Source: Adineta vaga
Taxonomy: Eukaryota; Animalia; Rotifera
Length of the DNA: 64,000 bases
NCBI GenBank assembly: GCA_021613535.1
Contig: CP075496.1
Location: forward strand, 4,960,001 to 5,024,000
Reading direction: 5' to 3'
Positions 11,321 to 24,206 of this stretch are shown piece after piece; position 1 is the first letter of the stretch, and each line of letters starts with the position of its first letter. A program made the position numbers and the translations under genes. The notes under the pieces are model-generated. The model did no database searches, was not told the DNA's origin, and was given only the letters and a program-made list of their open reading frames with translations.

Positions 11321-12187
11321 ATGTCAATGGAGAAAAAGAATGATTCGGGAAAACAAGCTGGTCATTTTGATCATCAACAAGCACCCGTTGCAGCTAATCA
11401 AGCACCGGAAAATCTTGTTCGAGTGTATGAATTCAATTTTTAAAAAGTTAGATAAATCTTATTTTGTTTTATTTAGTAATTATCATACAGAATGTGAAGG
11501 TTTAGTTAACCGACAAATTAATTTGGAATTATATGCCAGCTATGCTTACACAGCTATGGCACATCATTTCGATCGTCATGATGTTGCTTTAAAAGGTAAA
11601 ACTGATTGTAAACATAGTCATTTAAGTTAGAAATATTCTTTTTTTGTAGGTCATCATAAATTCTTTAAAAAAATGGCAGATGAAGAATTCGAACATGCAA
11701 ATAAATTCATGGAATATCAAAATAAACGTGGTGGTACTATTGTTCTTTTAGATATTAAAGTATGTCAATCGTTTAAATAGGAGAATAATTCAAAAATTCT
11801 TGTCTTGATTAGAAACCAACACAACAAAGTTGGAATTCACCACTTGCAGCTCATGAAACAGCATTACAATTGGAAAAAGATGTTTATACAGCATTACTTG
11901 AATTACATGGCTATGCTAATAGACATGAGTAAGATGAAATTAATTTGAATTACAATCTCAATTCATTTGTTATCATTTTATTTAGAGATCCACATTTAAC
12001 AAATTATCTTGAAGAAGAATTTCTTGATGAACAGGTAAATTTATCTATTATAACGAAAGTTTCAATTTGTATCTTTTGTTTTTAGGTTAAATCAATCAAG
12101 GAATATTCGGATTATATTACCAATCTACGTCGTGTTGGTCCTGGTCTCGGTGAATATATTTTTGATAAAGAAGAATTTGAAGATTAA
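11321..12187 (+). CDS. FTH1: Ferritin heavy-type subunit
   Basis: [75 protein letters not shown]. Ferroxidase residues are present. Six exons. Confidence 0.95.
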
Positions 12188-13654
12188 AAATTTTGTCCTC
12201 GAAACCAATTCAAAAGAACATTATTAACACTTTTTTTTGTCCTTTTCTTGATTATGCATGTTTATTTACATCACTAACTAAAAACAAATCAACTTTTCCA
12301 TCATCATCATACATAGTACTCATTTTCTTTGTTGTATTAGTTCGTTTCAGTTAATTATTATGTAATGATTTTCCTCTTTTGATAACATTTGATTCAAATT
12401 ATATTTCATATATTTAAACGTAAAAGTGTACTTTTTTCGATGTTGATAAAAGTACAAAGGTTTCACCTGAATACACAAATGAAAATGAAAATTTGATTAT
12501 AAATGATATATGACCAAAAAAAGCATAAATATCGTTCGTAGCAATTCGTATTTGCCTTCATGCGCACATTCTTGATACTTTAAAATAACGATTCTAATGT
12601 AAGAAAGAAAGAAAGAAACTACTCAGACGGAAAGTTAATCGATATGTATGAATATGTCTGACAACTAGGATTATTTGTATAAAAGAATGAAATACAAATT
12701 GTATTTTCAGGACTTTTCTCGTTTTTATGGTGACATTAAAATTACAATTAGTTTTTCATCGGTATAAATTACTGTTCTAAATTGATGCTTAAATGGTATC
12801 ATTTATGAGTCAACTCGCTTCGTATCAAGTACTATATATAGTTACATAGAAGTAGAATAATATCATTTTATCCCATTCTGTGGTATAATACAACAACTTT
12901 TCAGCTATTTCTATCCCATGTTGTACTCAATTGAAGTATTATGATACTTCATATTGATTATTTAAACTTCTCTATGAATATATATATATCAAGTTGTATT
13001 GTTTATTATTTTATTCTTTCAGTATAATCAATGAACAGCAAAGAAATCTCATGGTATTTTTTTCAAACAAAAACAAAAGGATACAAATATCAACTAAAGC
13101 TTTATCTGGATTTATTTGTTAGTTCAATGAATACAATATTTCTTGAGTATATGTGTATCTAAATTGCACGATATTGTTGTCGTGAGCTGCAAAAAAAAAA
13201 GTAAAATAGATCGATTAATTTTGAATTATTCGTAAAAAAAAAGAACTCTTCGTTTTAAACTAGACGAATATATATAATCAATGAAAATGAAAACATACAT
13301 ACCACCTATGATAGATATGAAATAATAAAATAAAACCTTCGTTTTCTTCGTCTTCAATTTGCTAAGGTTAAAATATTTGAAATTTCAACTTCAGTCTTCT
13401 TCTTCTTCCTTCATATTCTCTTCTCATTGAACTTCATTCTTCAATTATCTGTTAGACAAACACACAGGAATACTTCTAGTTTACCTAGATATAGTAGGAT
13501 ATATGGTTAGGAAAAGAAATATAATGAAATCTTTTCGAAAGGATCACTAACGAGCGAAATAACTTAGTTTTTATGGAATCCTGTGATGAAACAAAAGCTT
13601 CAAATCTGTGTTAGTAAACAAATGCATTCTTTACTTACGATCCTTTTCTTTCTT

Positions 13655-14545
13655 TTACGAGCGAGAACGAGATCGAGTACGACGACCTAGAAGACATACC
13701 TTGAGATAGAATTTGAAAAGGCGAACAATCACTTACGCGGTGAACGTGATCGCGATCGTGTTCGATGTCGACGCGCACCTCGGAAACTTTGTTGTTCGCT
13801 AGAATGAAATCATACGAATAATATAAACATTGACAGACAATATGTTCACTTACGGTGCGCCCATGTAAATACCAGGTGTTCGATCATGTGGTTTTTCACT
13901 AATTGAGAAATCAACACGAACTTTTTGACCATCGATATCCATGCCATGTGTCTCTTTCTTAGCCTTTGAAAAAGAAAATGAATAAACAAATATTTAATTA
14001 AATAAAATTTGACTAACTTCTTTAGCGTCTTCTACTTTTTCATAATAAATGAAACCAAAACCACGAGATCGACCTGTCTGAAATGAACAAAACAGTGACA
14101 ATGAATTTTAATGATAAAAATCTCTTCAATTAAACTTTACTCCTCTATCATAAACAATATGAACGTTACTGATTCGTCCATATTTAGAAAAAATACGACG
14201 AACATCACGTTCTTCTGTACGTGATGATAAACCAAAAACACCTAGAACTTTGCTTGGAATTGGATTGAGTCGTTCAATATCATCTTTATTGTCACGATCA
14301 CCACTACGACTTCGCTGACGACGAGATGAGACTGGTGATCGACGATGATGATGTCGTCGATGATCACGACGTGGTGATCTAAGATTACGGCAATAATAAC
14401 AGTAATGAAAATAAATTTCCCCAAATAACGAAAAAATGTGTTACCTAGATCGAGATCGATCACGTGAAGTTGATCGACGTGGCTAAATGAAAGCAAAAAA
14501 AAACAAATTGTTTTCTCTTCAAAATATCTCTCAAATCATTACCAT
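13655..14545 (-). CDS. TRA2: Transformer-2 homolog (RS-RRM-RS splicing factor)
   Basis: First coding exon is ATG only (14545-14543), then an RS domain, RRM ([47 protein letters not shown]) and a C-terminal RS domain. TAA at 13657-13655. Confidence 0.92.
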
Positions 14546-15775
14546 TTTATTGACAAGAAAAATTTCGTAAATATAACTGACTGTGACTGACAAGCAGACA
14601 GAGACAGACTGACAATGACAAAATATAAAGCTGATTGACTAATACTGTACTTCCGTTGCCAATAGAGATTGATGTTTAAAATACATTATTATATGAGCGA
14701 TGAGAATATTTTCTATTTCGTGAAATCGTTTCTATTTCCAATCAAAGAAAATTTAGTTCATGTGATATTATAATTAGATTTCACTTCTCTCTGACGTCTA
14801 GCGATATCTATCGAACATATATATATAGCTAATGTCACGTCGTCAGATTCCGTACAATGAACGAATATATTTAAGTAAATATATGAAGAGTTCTTTATTA
14901 GAAATGAACCGAAATAGATGAAGATAGAAAATGAGAAAGAGAGAACCAAAGGTATAGATGTGTAGATAAATACATGTATAGGTAAACGTAACTATATATA
15001 TATGTATATATGTATAGGAAAAATCCAAGAACGAAAGGAAAACACATATATCATATATGGAAAAGTCCTTCTGTATGTAAAGGAATATACTATATACATC
15101 ACAGCTAATAAAATTCATGTTGTTGGAAAAATCTTCAACTTCATATTGGAAGAATATCTATAGTTATAAATCATAGGATTTAACTAAATCAGTATAATAG
15201 CTATCATCGTTGAATTAGACAATGATGAATCGGTAGATTGGGGAAAATACTGATAGAAGAAAGCTGTTTTGATGTACACTTGACATCTGAATTAGAAATT
15301 GATGAAAGTATAATACAACTCGCTTTTTGTATTTCTTTTATAGGTTAATGAGAAGTGTAAAAGACATCTTGAGAATGTACACCAATTCCAATGACCACTT
15401 CTTACTTTTTCTATAAGACATTTTTGTCAAAGAAAACTTTTGATCAAATACGATGAAAATAAAAAGTTTTGTCAACAGTTAGATTGAATCATATAATTTC
15501 CTTTTATCTACAATCATATCATCATATCTCAGAAAATATTCTAACACATTCGCTACTTTTCAAAGTATGTGTCTTTCATCATTTGTATTCTATAAATTCT
15601 AGTCGACGGAAATCAATATATTTGATTCTTACCGACCTCTATGTTTAACCTGTCTATATACAAAATATTTGAACCAATAGAATTCAAGAATGAACAATGA
15701 TATACTCTTGTCTTGTTCTTCTAACTCATTTACTATCTATCAAATCGAACGTGGTTTCTTGTCAAAGACAAAACC

Positions 15776-17845
15776 ATGTATGCTAATCCGTTACAACAAT
15801 CTCAACAACCATCAGTAATGCAGCGACCACCAACAATGATGAATCCATCTGCTGTATCACAACAAAATCTTGCTGGTGGTGTTCCATCAATGAGACCTAT
15901 GATTGCTTCATCACCAATGCAAGCATCAATGCTTCCACAATCACCTCAATCACAAATGATGGTACGACCAGTAGGTAGTCCTTATGGAGTTGTAAATCGT
16001 GCAACACTCTATGATAAAAATAAACGCTCACCTTATCCAAATGATATTCGTCAACAACCAATGGTTATACCAGGACAACCACCACCCATGGGTTATGGAA
16101 ATGCTATGGGTCCCAATCAAGCAATGATGCCAAATGCAATGCCTCCCAATGCAGCTGCTGGTGGTGGTGGTGGTCCAATTAGACAGTAATGAATAGAATA
16201 TACTTTTCGTCAATTGTATTTCTATGAAATTTTATTTTTTTTAGAAAGAAACGAAAACGTTTAACAGAAAAAATTATTCATAAACAGATTCGTTCACTAG
16301 TACCTGAATCTCAAGCATATATTGAATTATTACGTCTCGAACAAAAATTAGATTCTGTTTTAATGCGAAAACGTCTTGATCTTCAAGAAACATTGAAACG
16401 ACCACAAAAGGTAGGTGAATCCTTTTTCTTTTCTCGTCGATCGGTCATATTCTCGTCTGTTTAGATAAAAAAGAAACTGCGCATATTTATCAGTCATCAA
16501 TATCCAGTTCGTTTCGATGCTGATACAGCTAGTATTGATGATGAACATGTGCAATATTGGGAAATGCGTGTAGAAGGTCGTCTTCTTGAAGATGTAAGTT
16601 AAAAACGATGTTTAGAATAAAGCATTCATTCATATTTTTATCATATTGTAGCCAAGTACCAATAAATATGATCAAGGAAAAGGAAAACGTAAATTTTCAT
16701 CGTTTTTTCGAAGTCTAGTCATTGAATTAGATAAAGATTTGTATGGACCTGATAATCATCTTGTTGAGGTTTGTTGCAAATTTGATAAATACAAGATGAT
16801 AATGAATTGTTACACTTTCAGTGGCATCGTACAAATGCAACAGCTGAAACAGATGGATTTCAAGTTCGTCGACCAGGTGATCAAAATGTCAAATGTACTA
16901 TTCTAATGGTTCTTGACCATTCAGTAAGATTGATGCAAATAAGAAAGTAATCTTTCATGTTTGTTGTTCTATAGCCACCACAATTTCGACTTGATTCTCG
17001 TCTTGCTCGTTTACTTTCATTGACAAATGGTACACGACAAGCAATCATTCATGCCATGTGGCAATATATTAAAACACATAAACTACAAGATCCAGAAGAA
17101 CGTGAATTTATCAATTGTGATTCTCATTTAAAAACGGTTAGTATTTGAAGTTCTATTATCAATAAAGAATAATGAAATAGACAAAATCTCCATATAATAT
17201 TTATTTTGCTTAGATATTCGATTGTACTCGTGTTCGTTTTTCTGAACTACCAGCTAAGCTGAATAAACTTATTCTTCCATCTGAACCTATCGTTATCAAT
17301 CATACACTATGGTAAGACTAGCATTTTTAATGTCTATATGTTCATGTCGTCACGTTATTGATTACTTTAGTCTTGGTACTGATCCAAAGAAACATGCTTG
17401 TTATGATATTGATGTTGAAATTGATGATCCAGTACGAGATTCTATGCGTACATTTCTTGCACCACAAAATACCAATGAATTAGAAGAATTAGATGGCAAA
17501 GTAAATATAAAATTGTTCGATATTTTATATCTTTTCATGATAATTCTTGTTAAATTTTCATAGATTTTACAATATATTGATAGTATAAATCATTTAAAGC
17601 AAAGTCGTGAATTTTATCTTTCATTCGCTGATGATCCTCAAGGTTTTATATGTAAATGGTTAGCATCACAATCACGTGATCTTAAGATGATTACTGATTC
17701 AGTAACAGGAAATGTTGAAGAAGAACGACGAGCTGATTATTATACTGAACAATGGTCATATGAAGCTGTTAGTCGATATTTTTACAATAAAGTTCAACAA
17801 AAACGAGTAGAATTAGAACAAGCACTTGGTATTCGTAATGCTTAA
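15776..17845 (+). CDS. SMARCD1: SWI/SNF subunit BAF60 (SMARCD)
   Basis: [62 protein letters not shown] domain, [18 protein letters not shown]. Confidence 0.95.
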
Positions 17846-18283
17846 AATAAAATAAAAAGAACGATTCCTTCCTTTTTTTCTTCTTCTCTGTTTATATGTA
17901 CGTGTGTGTGTGTGTGTAGTAGAATTGAATGTATAAACATAAACTCTTCGATTTTGATATTCTTTATCTTTATTACAGATAATTTATTCATAACAATGAA
18001 ACATATAGAAAAATGGTTAGATAAATGCGAAGTAATCTTTGATTATAGACACTAACAAAACTAATTTCTCCTCTTCATTACATCATTGGGTTAATGATGA
18101 AACTTCTTAGAAGTATTAATATAAATGTTTAAATTTACAACGATACTGATTATGAAATCTATCAGATGATTTATTCTCTAATATGCAAAACCTAACTACA
18201 TTTAAGAATTGAAAGGGATATCTTTTTATTTTTTCAATATTTGCAGTATAATCAAATAAATATTCTTTCATAATTAATTCTAG

Positions 18284-20129
18284 ATGATTCTCTATATTGA
18301 AAAAGAACTTCTCCTAGATACTCCATGTCGAAGTCTAAACATATGTGATAATAAAACAAACAATGAATGTTTAATCTTATCATCCAATGAACAATGTTCT
18401 TGTAAAAAACAACAAGCAATATTATGTAAATCAAATCATGATCTATGTCAAAATCGTTGTTTATCAGAAAACATTTTGTATATAAAACAACACGTTGAAT
18501 CCAATGAAATTTTTATTAATGATTGCCGAACGAATGTTATTATATTAGATAAGAATGAATTAGACACTAATTCTGAAATTGTTTATATATGTCAGAAAAA
18601 TAATTTACCCAAAGTAATCTTTGAACATTTGAGTAATAAATTATCTTATATAGACAATTCATCAACTGATTTGCTATTGACTCAAGTAAGAATTGTTTAT
18701 TGGAATTCTTTTTTTGTCTCATTGAAGTGTTTTTAGACATCAATTGGGAGTTTTCTCTTAAAAAATAGTGTCTTAGTTCAAAGTTTTTATGGAATGTATT
18801 TAACATTACAACAAGCGAAAAGTAATTCTTTTCATTTAAGGTAATAGTTCAGTTAAACTTTAACGAACAATAGAGTAAAGAGAAGATCTTTCGTTAGTTC
18901 TTGAGCAAAATGATTAGAATATCTTATTATTTAGACGTCGTGCTAATTTGGGTTATTTATTTGCAAATATATTTGTTGGAATATTATGTTCATATCTTCT
19001 CTATCAACATTTTGATTTCAATCTTCCAGTTGCTAATGAAATATCATCTCAAACAAAAGTAAATCTTTTATATTTCAAAGTTTTTGTTTTTAAAATTTTC
19101 AAGATTAATTATTTTTCTCTTCAAACTAGCAATTAACTACATGGATTAAATCAATTATTGAATGGCTTATGCATGCACCAGCTGGATTAAAATTAAATCA
19201 ACCATTAGTCGATTTTCTCGCACGATTCTATTTCTATCATATTTATCTTTGGTCTGGTTATCTTGAAGCATTACTAATGACTGTTCTACCATATTTATTT
19301 CAATTATTAATTATTCTTTGTTTTTTTGGTATATCAATAGCAATTGGAGCAATCTGTGATTTTGTTCGATTATTAACTATTCATTTGTATTGTTTTTATA
19401 TCTATGCAGCGAGGTAAATTGAATCGGTTTTTTCTTCGAAAGATTAGATTGAGTAATTTGGAAATTTTAGATTATTTAATTGGCAAATTAGTTTATTAAT
19501 CAGTCTATTTCGTTTATTTTGTGGTAAAAAACAAAATCCATTGAGAAATAATCGACTTGATTCTCATCTCTGCGATATTGATCAATTATTTATTGTTACA
19601 TTATCATTCACTATTCTTCTCTTTCTACTACCATCGATCTTCATGTATTATGCAGTTTTTACTTCAGTAAGAAAATAAAAAACTATAATAAAACGATAAA
19701 ATGTCATCTGTTTTTTTTTATCTCTGTAGATTTATTTAGTTGCGATCCTAAGTGTGAAAATTATTCAATATATAAATGGATTTTTTCAACAAATTCCGAT
19801 ATATGAATTCTATTTATGGTTCACGGGATCCAGAATCACACGGGGTAAGTTTTTTATTTTGTTTTTGAGAATATTCTGTACAGTTCGATCATATGTTTTT
19901 CGTAAGAAACCACATGGAATACATGCATTCTTTTATTTTGATTTTAGGTACACCAAAACTATCAATTAATTACACTCATTCTACTGATCATACTGTGTGT
20001 TTTACTCTTCATTTTGATCGTGTATCGTTTTTGACATTATATCGTGTTTGTAACATTCGTCCATCATTATCTGTTGTATCATTCACTAAATTTTTCCTTG
20101 CAATTTTACGAGGTCGTCCAATATTTTAA
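18284..20129 (+). CDS. PIGQ: GPI-GlcNAc transferase subunit Q (Gpi1)
   Basis: [78 protein letters not shown] motifs. The N-terminal exon is less certain. Confidence 0.88.
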
Positions 20130-20165
20130 GAAAAGATGTCATCGTATTTCTTTTTTCAGATCAGA

Positions 20166-21287
20166 ATGAATAATGGTACATTGACTTTATTTGATCGATA
20201 TGATGTTGGTTGTGAATTAGGTAAAGGTACCTATGGTATCGTTCGTAAAGCATTCGATACGCGTCAACAACATCATGTTGCTATTAAATGTGTTTGTCTT
20301 GGTGAAGAAGGTATTCCTAGTACGGCCCTACGTGAAATCAGTTTACTTCGATCATTAAAACATCCAAATATCATTCGTTTATATGATATACAAGTTCATC
20401 AACCAACTGGAGAATTGTTTCTCTTTTACGAATGTATGGAAATGGATTTGTATGAATATATGAAATTGTATCGAAAAGCTTTACCAGACGAACTATCTAA
20501 AAGTTATCTTAAACAAATGCTATTAGGTATTGATTATATACATTCCAATTCGATGTTACATCGAGATTTAAAACCTCAAAATAGTAAGATTTTATATACA
20601 GATTTAAAAAAGAAAGAAAGAAAGAAATGAATTATTTGCTATAGTTCTTATTGATTGGATTGGATCATTGAAATTAGCTGATTTCGGACTTGGAAGACAC
20701 TTCCAAATGCCAATGAGAATGTATACACATGAAGTAAGAATGAAATGAAGATATTTCTTCTATATTTAAGTGATCTTTTAGGTGGTAACACTTTGGTATC
20801 GTTCACCAGAAATTTTACTTGGTGCAAAAACGTATACGACTAGCGTAGATCTATGGAGTATTGGAACAATATTTGCTGAAATAACACATAATCGAGCATT
20901 ATTTGCTGGTGAATGTGAAATCGATCAACTTTTTCGAATATTTCGAACTCTTGGTAAATGTTTTTGTTTTGGTTTGAAATGAATATGATTTTCTATATTC
21001 GTAATATAGGTACACCTGATGATATCATTTGGCCTGGATTTTCTTCCATGCCTGATCATAAAAAAACATTTCCTCAATGGAAATCTCAAGATATGTCTCA
21101 ATTATTGTCAAATCTATCTCCAGATGCTCTTCAATTAACACTTCAAATGCTTATATACGATCCAGATCGACGTATTACAGCTAAAGCAGCACTTGATAGT
21201 CCATATATTCAATCTATTCCATCACATCTGATCATTCCTCCAGCAATAAAAAGTCCTAGTTCATCGACAAATCAATCAAATAGTTAA
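20166..21287 (+). CDS. Cyclin-dependent kinase, CDK1/2-like (PSTALRE variant)
   Basis: [77 protein letters not shown]. Four exons. Confidence 0.92.
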
Positions 21288-22803
21288 TCAACTAGATATA
21301 TTTCTCTTTCACTTTATTATGTCAGATCATTTATTTTCTCTACTATGTTAAATTTATGAATACAAATACATTAGCTACTTTGTTGATAAGCTGCATCTAC
21401 ATTAAAATCATTTTATATTAATTTTTATTTTCACATTTGCGACATACCGAGAAAGTGATGCTTACCATTCATACTTTTGAATTTTATATCGCCGTTATTT
21501 ATCTACATTACCACCTAATGAGTATGAGTATCTAGTTTGTTAATCATCAATATTGAATCGAACAATACCAGATATATACCACACTGGTGGCAATCAGATA
21601 GCGTCATACTAAACTCAGAATGCACTCTTATGATGAAGAGTGAGTGCAGAGTTGCTTTCATAATATATGACACATCCAAAAGCCGGATAGTCTCAGATTA
21701 AAAAATCTGAGCAACTACGAAGGAAGCATTATCTTTTTTTACGTCGTGAAGGTAAAAATCGAACTGAATCCAATAACAACATGACTGTTGAATGTGGATA
21801 CAGCGAAGATTCGATTGAAACCAACGTGAAGAAAACAATGAAAAATAACTCGCTTTTATACAGATTATTATTGATAAGAGTCAATTACACTTTTGTTGTG
21901 TAACAATCTTTGCACACAAACACCTACGAATAACGATCGTTCTCGAAAGTCATGTGTTGCAATGTCTATTTGCATAAGGATTGTATATCATTAATAAAAC
22001 AAAAACAATCATCATCTACATCATGATCATCATAATATCAAGGAAAATCTTCGTTGTTTGACCAATCTTATTCTTTCAAGGACTATTTCACAAGTAAATG
22101 AAATATTAAATACAATTTCTTATTCAGATATGTTAACAAGAAGAAGAAAAATAAAAACACGAGATTTAAGTATTAAAATTATCATTCAAATGCGAATGAA
22201 TATCTATTATACTAAAGTTTATTTGCCAATATTGACTGATTTAAACAAATAAATCTTTGTATCTTTCTATTTGCATTTATTCAATAAACTTTCGAAGAGA
22301 CTATATAAAAGAATCATTTGCATTTGTTCTTCGATTATGATGATGATGATGATGATCAATGAAAATTTCCTTGAATAACTGTTCGATCAGTTAGCATGTT
22401 TACAAATAAAGAATTTTGTCTGACATTTATTTGTAAATTTCCAGACAAAGAATTGAATCACCTGATCTAATAAGTGTTACCTAGAAATGTTCATTGACAC
22501 TCGCAGATCTTGTGTTAAATGTTACGTTTACCACGAGAACAAAATGTCAATTGAAGAGGTCAACATTCTTCTTTATTTCTCTTTTATTTATTCGTATGTT
22601 CAACTAGAAAGAGAACACCGCTGTCTCTCCGTAAGCTTCTATATTTGTTCGTCGATTTGTCTTACATAATTCTTATTGAAGAAAAAAAAAAACGAAGGAA
22701 AAAAAAGATGACACAAATTCATTTTCTTCTTTTCGATACACTCTGTATCGATTTCTTGGACATGCATTAAATACTTGTTGACTAATTATTTGATCGACTA
22801 GGA

Positions 22804-23811
22804 ATGGTTCGATTACTCGGTCGATGTCTGCCGATAATATGTATGTCCAGAAAAAAACGACAATTTCTACCTATCGGTGAGCAGCATAACGCCGGAACGA
22901 AACATCATCAAGAAGAAATTAATAAACTATTTGCAAGACGTGTAGAAAGTATCCGAGTTACACAACAAGGAGCAATATGTAAACGTTTACCATGTCAAAC
23001 ATTAGTTGAACGTCCTCAAAAACAGAAAAAAACGTATATAATCTTCTTTTGTTTTTTAGTTTGTTGTTAATTCTTCTTTTGTATTTTATTTAGGAAAATC
23101 AAAGAAGGTATTCAACATCATGAAAAAATTATTAAACCTGATGATACTGAATTTGATTGTGAAACACATATCTCCGATAGACGATCAACACTAAAAACAC
23201 GAGTTAAATCAAAGAAAAAATCTATAACATCGAAAAAAGAAAAAGAAAAGAATAATAGTTCATCACATCCAGGTACACCAGTAGAAAAACCACTTTCAAA
23301 AGCGAAAAAAACGAAATCACCATCCCCTACACCATCCAGTATCGTTGATATACCTGAAGAAGATGATCTTGATGCAACAGATAGTAGTATATCTTCGTCA
23401 TCTTCATCATTATCATCTGAATGGTCAACAACAACTTATCCTGATTCACAAAGTAGTGAACAAAGTGAAGATTTAATTGTCAATCCAATTCAACGTCGTC
23501 AATCGATGCCATTAGCAAATTTACCTGATCGAAATGATGATATAAAACATCGGTCATGTGTGGAAAGTTTTTATTTAGGTAGAGAACATGTCCGAGCATC
23601 ATCATCACCATCACAAACAAAAACATCCTTATCAAAAATCAAGGACGAACAAAAAAAATTGAAAAGTTCACAAACAAATAAACGAAATGAAGTTAAACCA
23701 ACGGGAAAAAGTAAACAAGTTTTACAAAATGTTCGTAAAATGATGAAAGATCAAAGTATACAAGAACAACATTTTAATGATACACGACAACGCGAATCCG
23801 TTCGATTATAG
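22804..23811 (+). CDS. Hypothetical Lys/Ser-rich, probably disordered protein
   Basis: ORF 22804 joined through a ~60-nt GT-AG intron (~23033-23093) to a long open frame ending at 23811. No recognisable domain. Confidence 0.7.
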
Positions 23812-24206
23812 AAATCAATTGCGGAACATTATTAAAAAGAACTTTTGTTTTTGTTTTTATCGAAATTTTTTTCTCTGTCATTGAAGAATTTCATCATATA
23901 ACAAATACGTAGTTGAACAAGATGTTAATTAAACCAAAAAAAAACATAGTTAGTCAATGATGATATTTGTATATACTTATGAAAGAAAAGAAAATTAAGG
24001 ATTAAATGAACGTGTTACAATGATTACTTGTTAATCTTATTAGATTCAGTAAAGAAAAATAAGTAAAAGTTCAGAATGAAGATCAATAAATAGACGTGAT
24101 TTTGATTTGAACATGTATGTATTAAAATATGACATTTTTTTTATGATCGAAATGTTCTCTCTTATCGACATTTATTCTATGAAATAAGATACACTCTCGA
24201 GATTTG

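Noticed and set aside
14758-15118. Hydrophobic ORFs between TRA2 and SMARCD
   Set aside because: Produced by TA/purine-rich low-complexity DNA; no splice structure or motifs.
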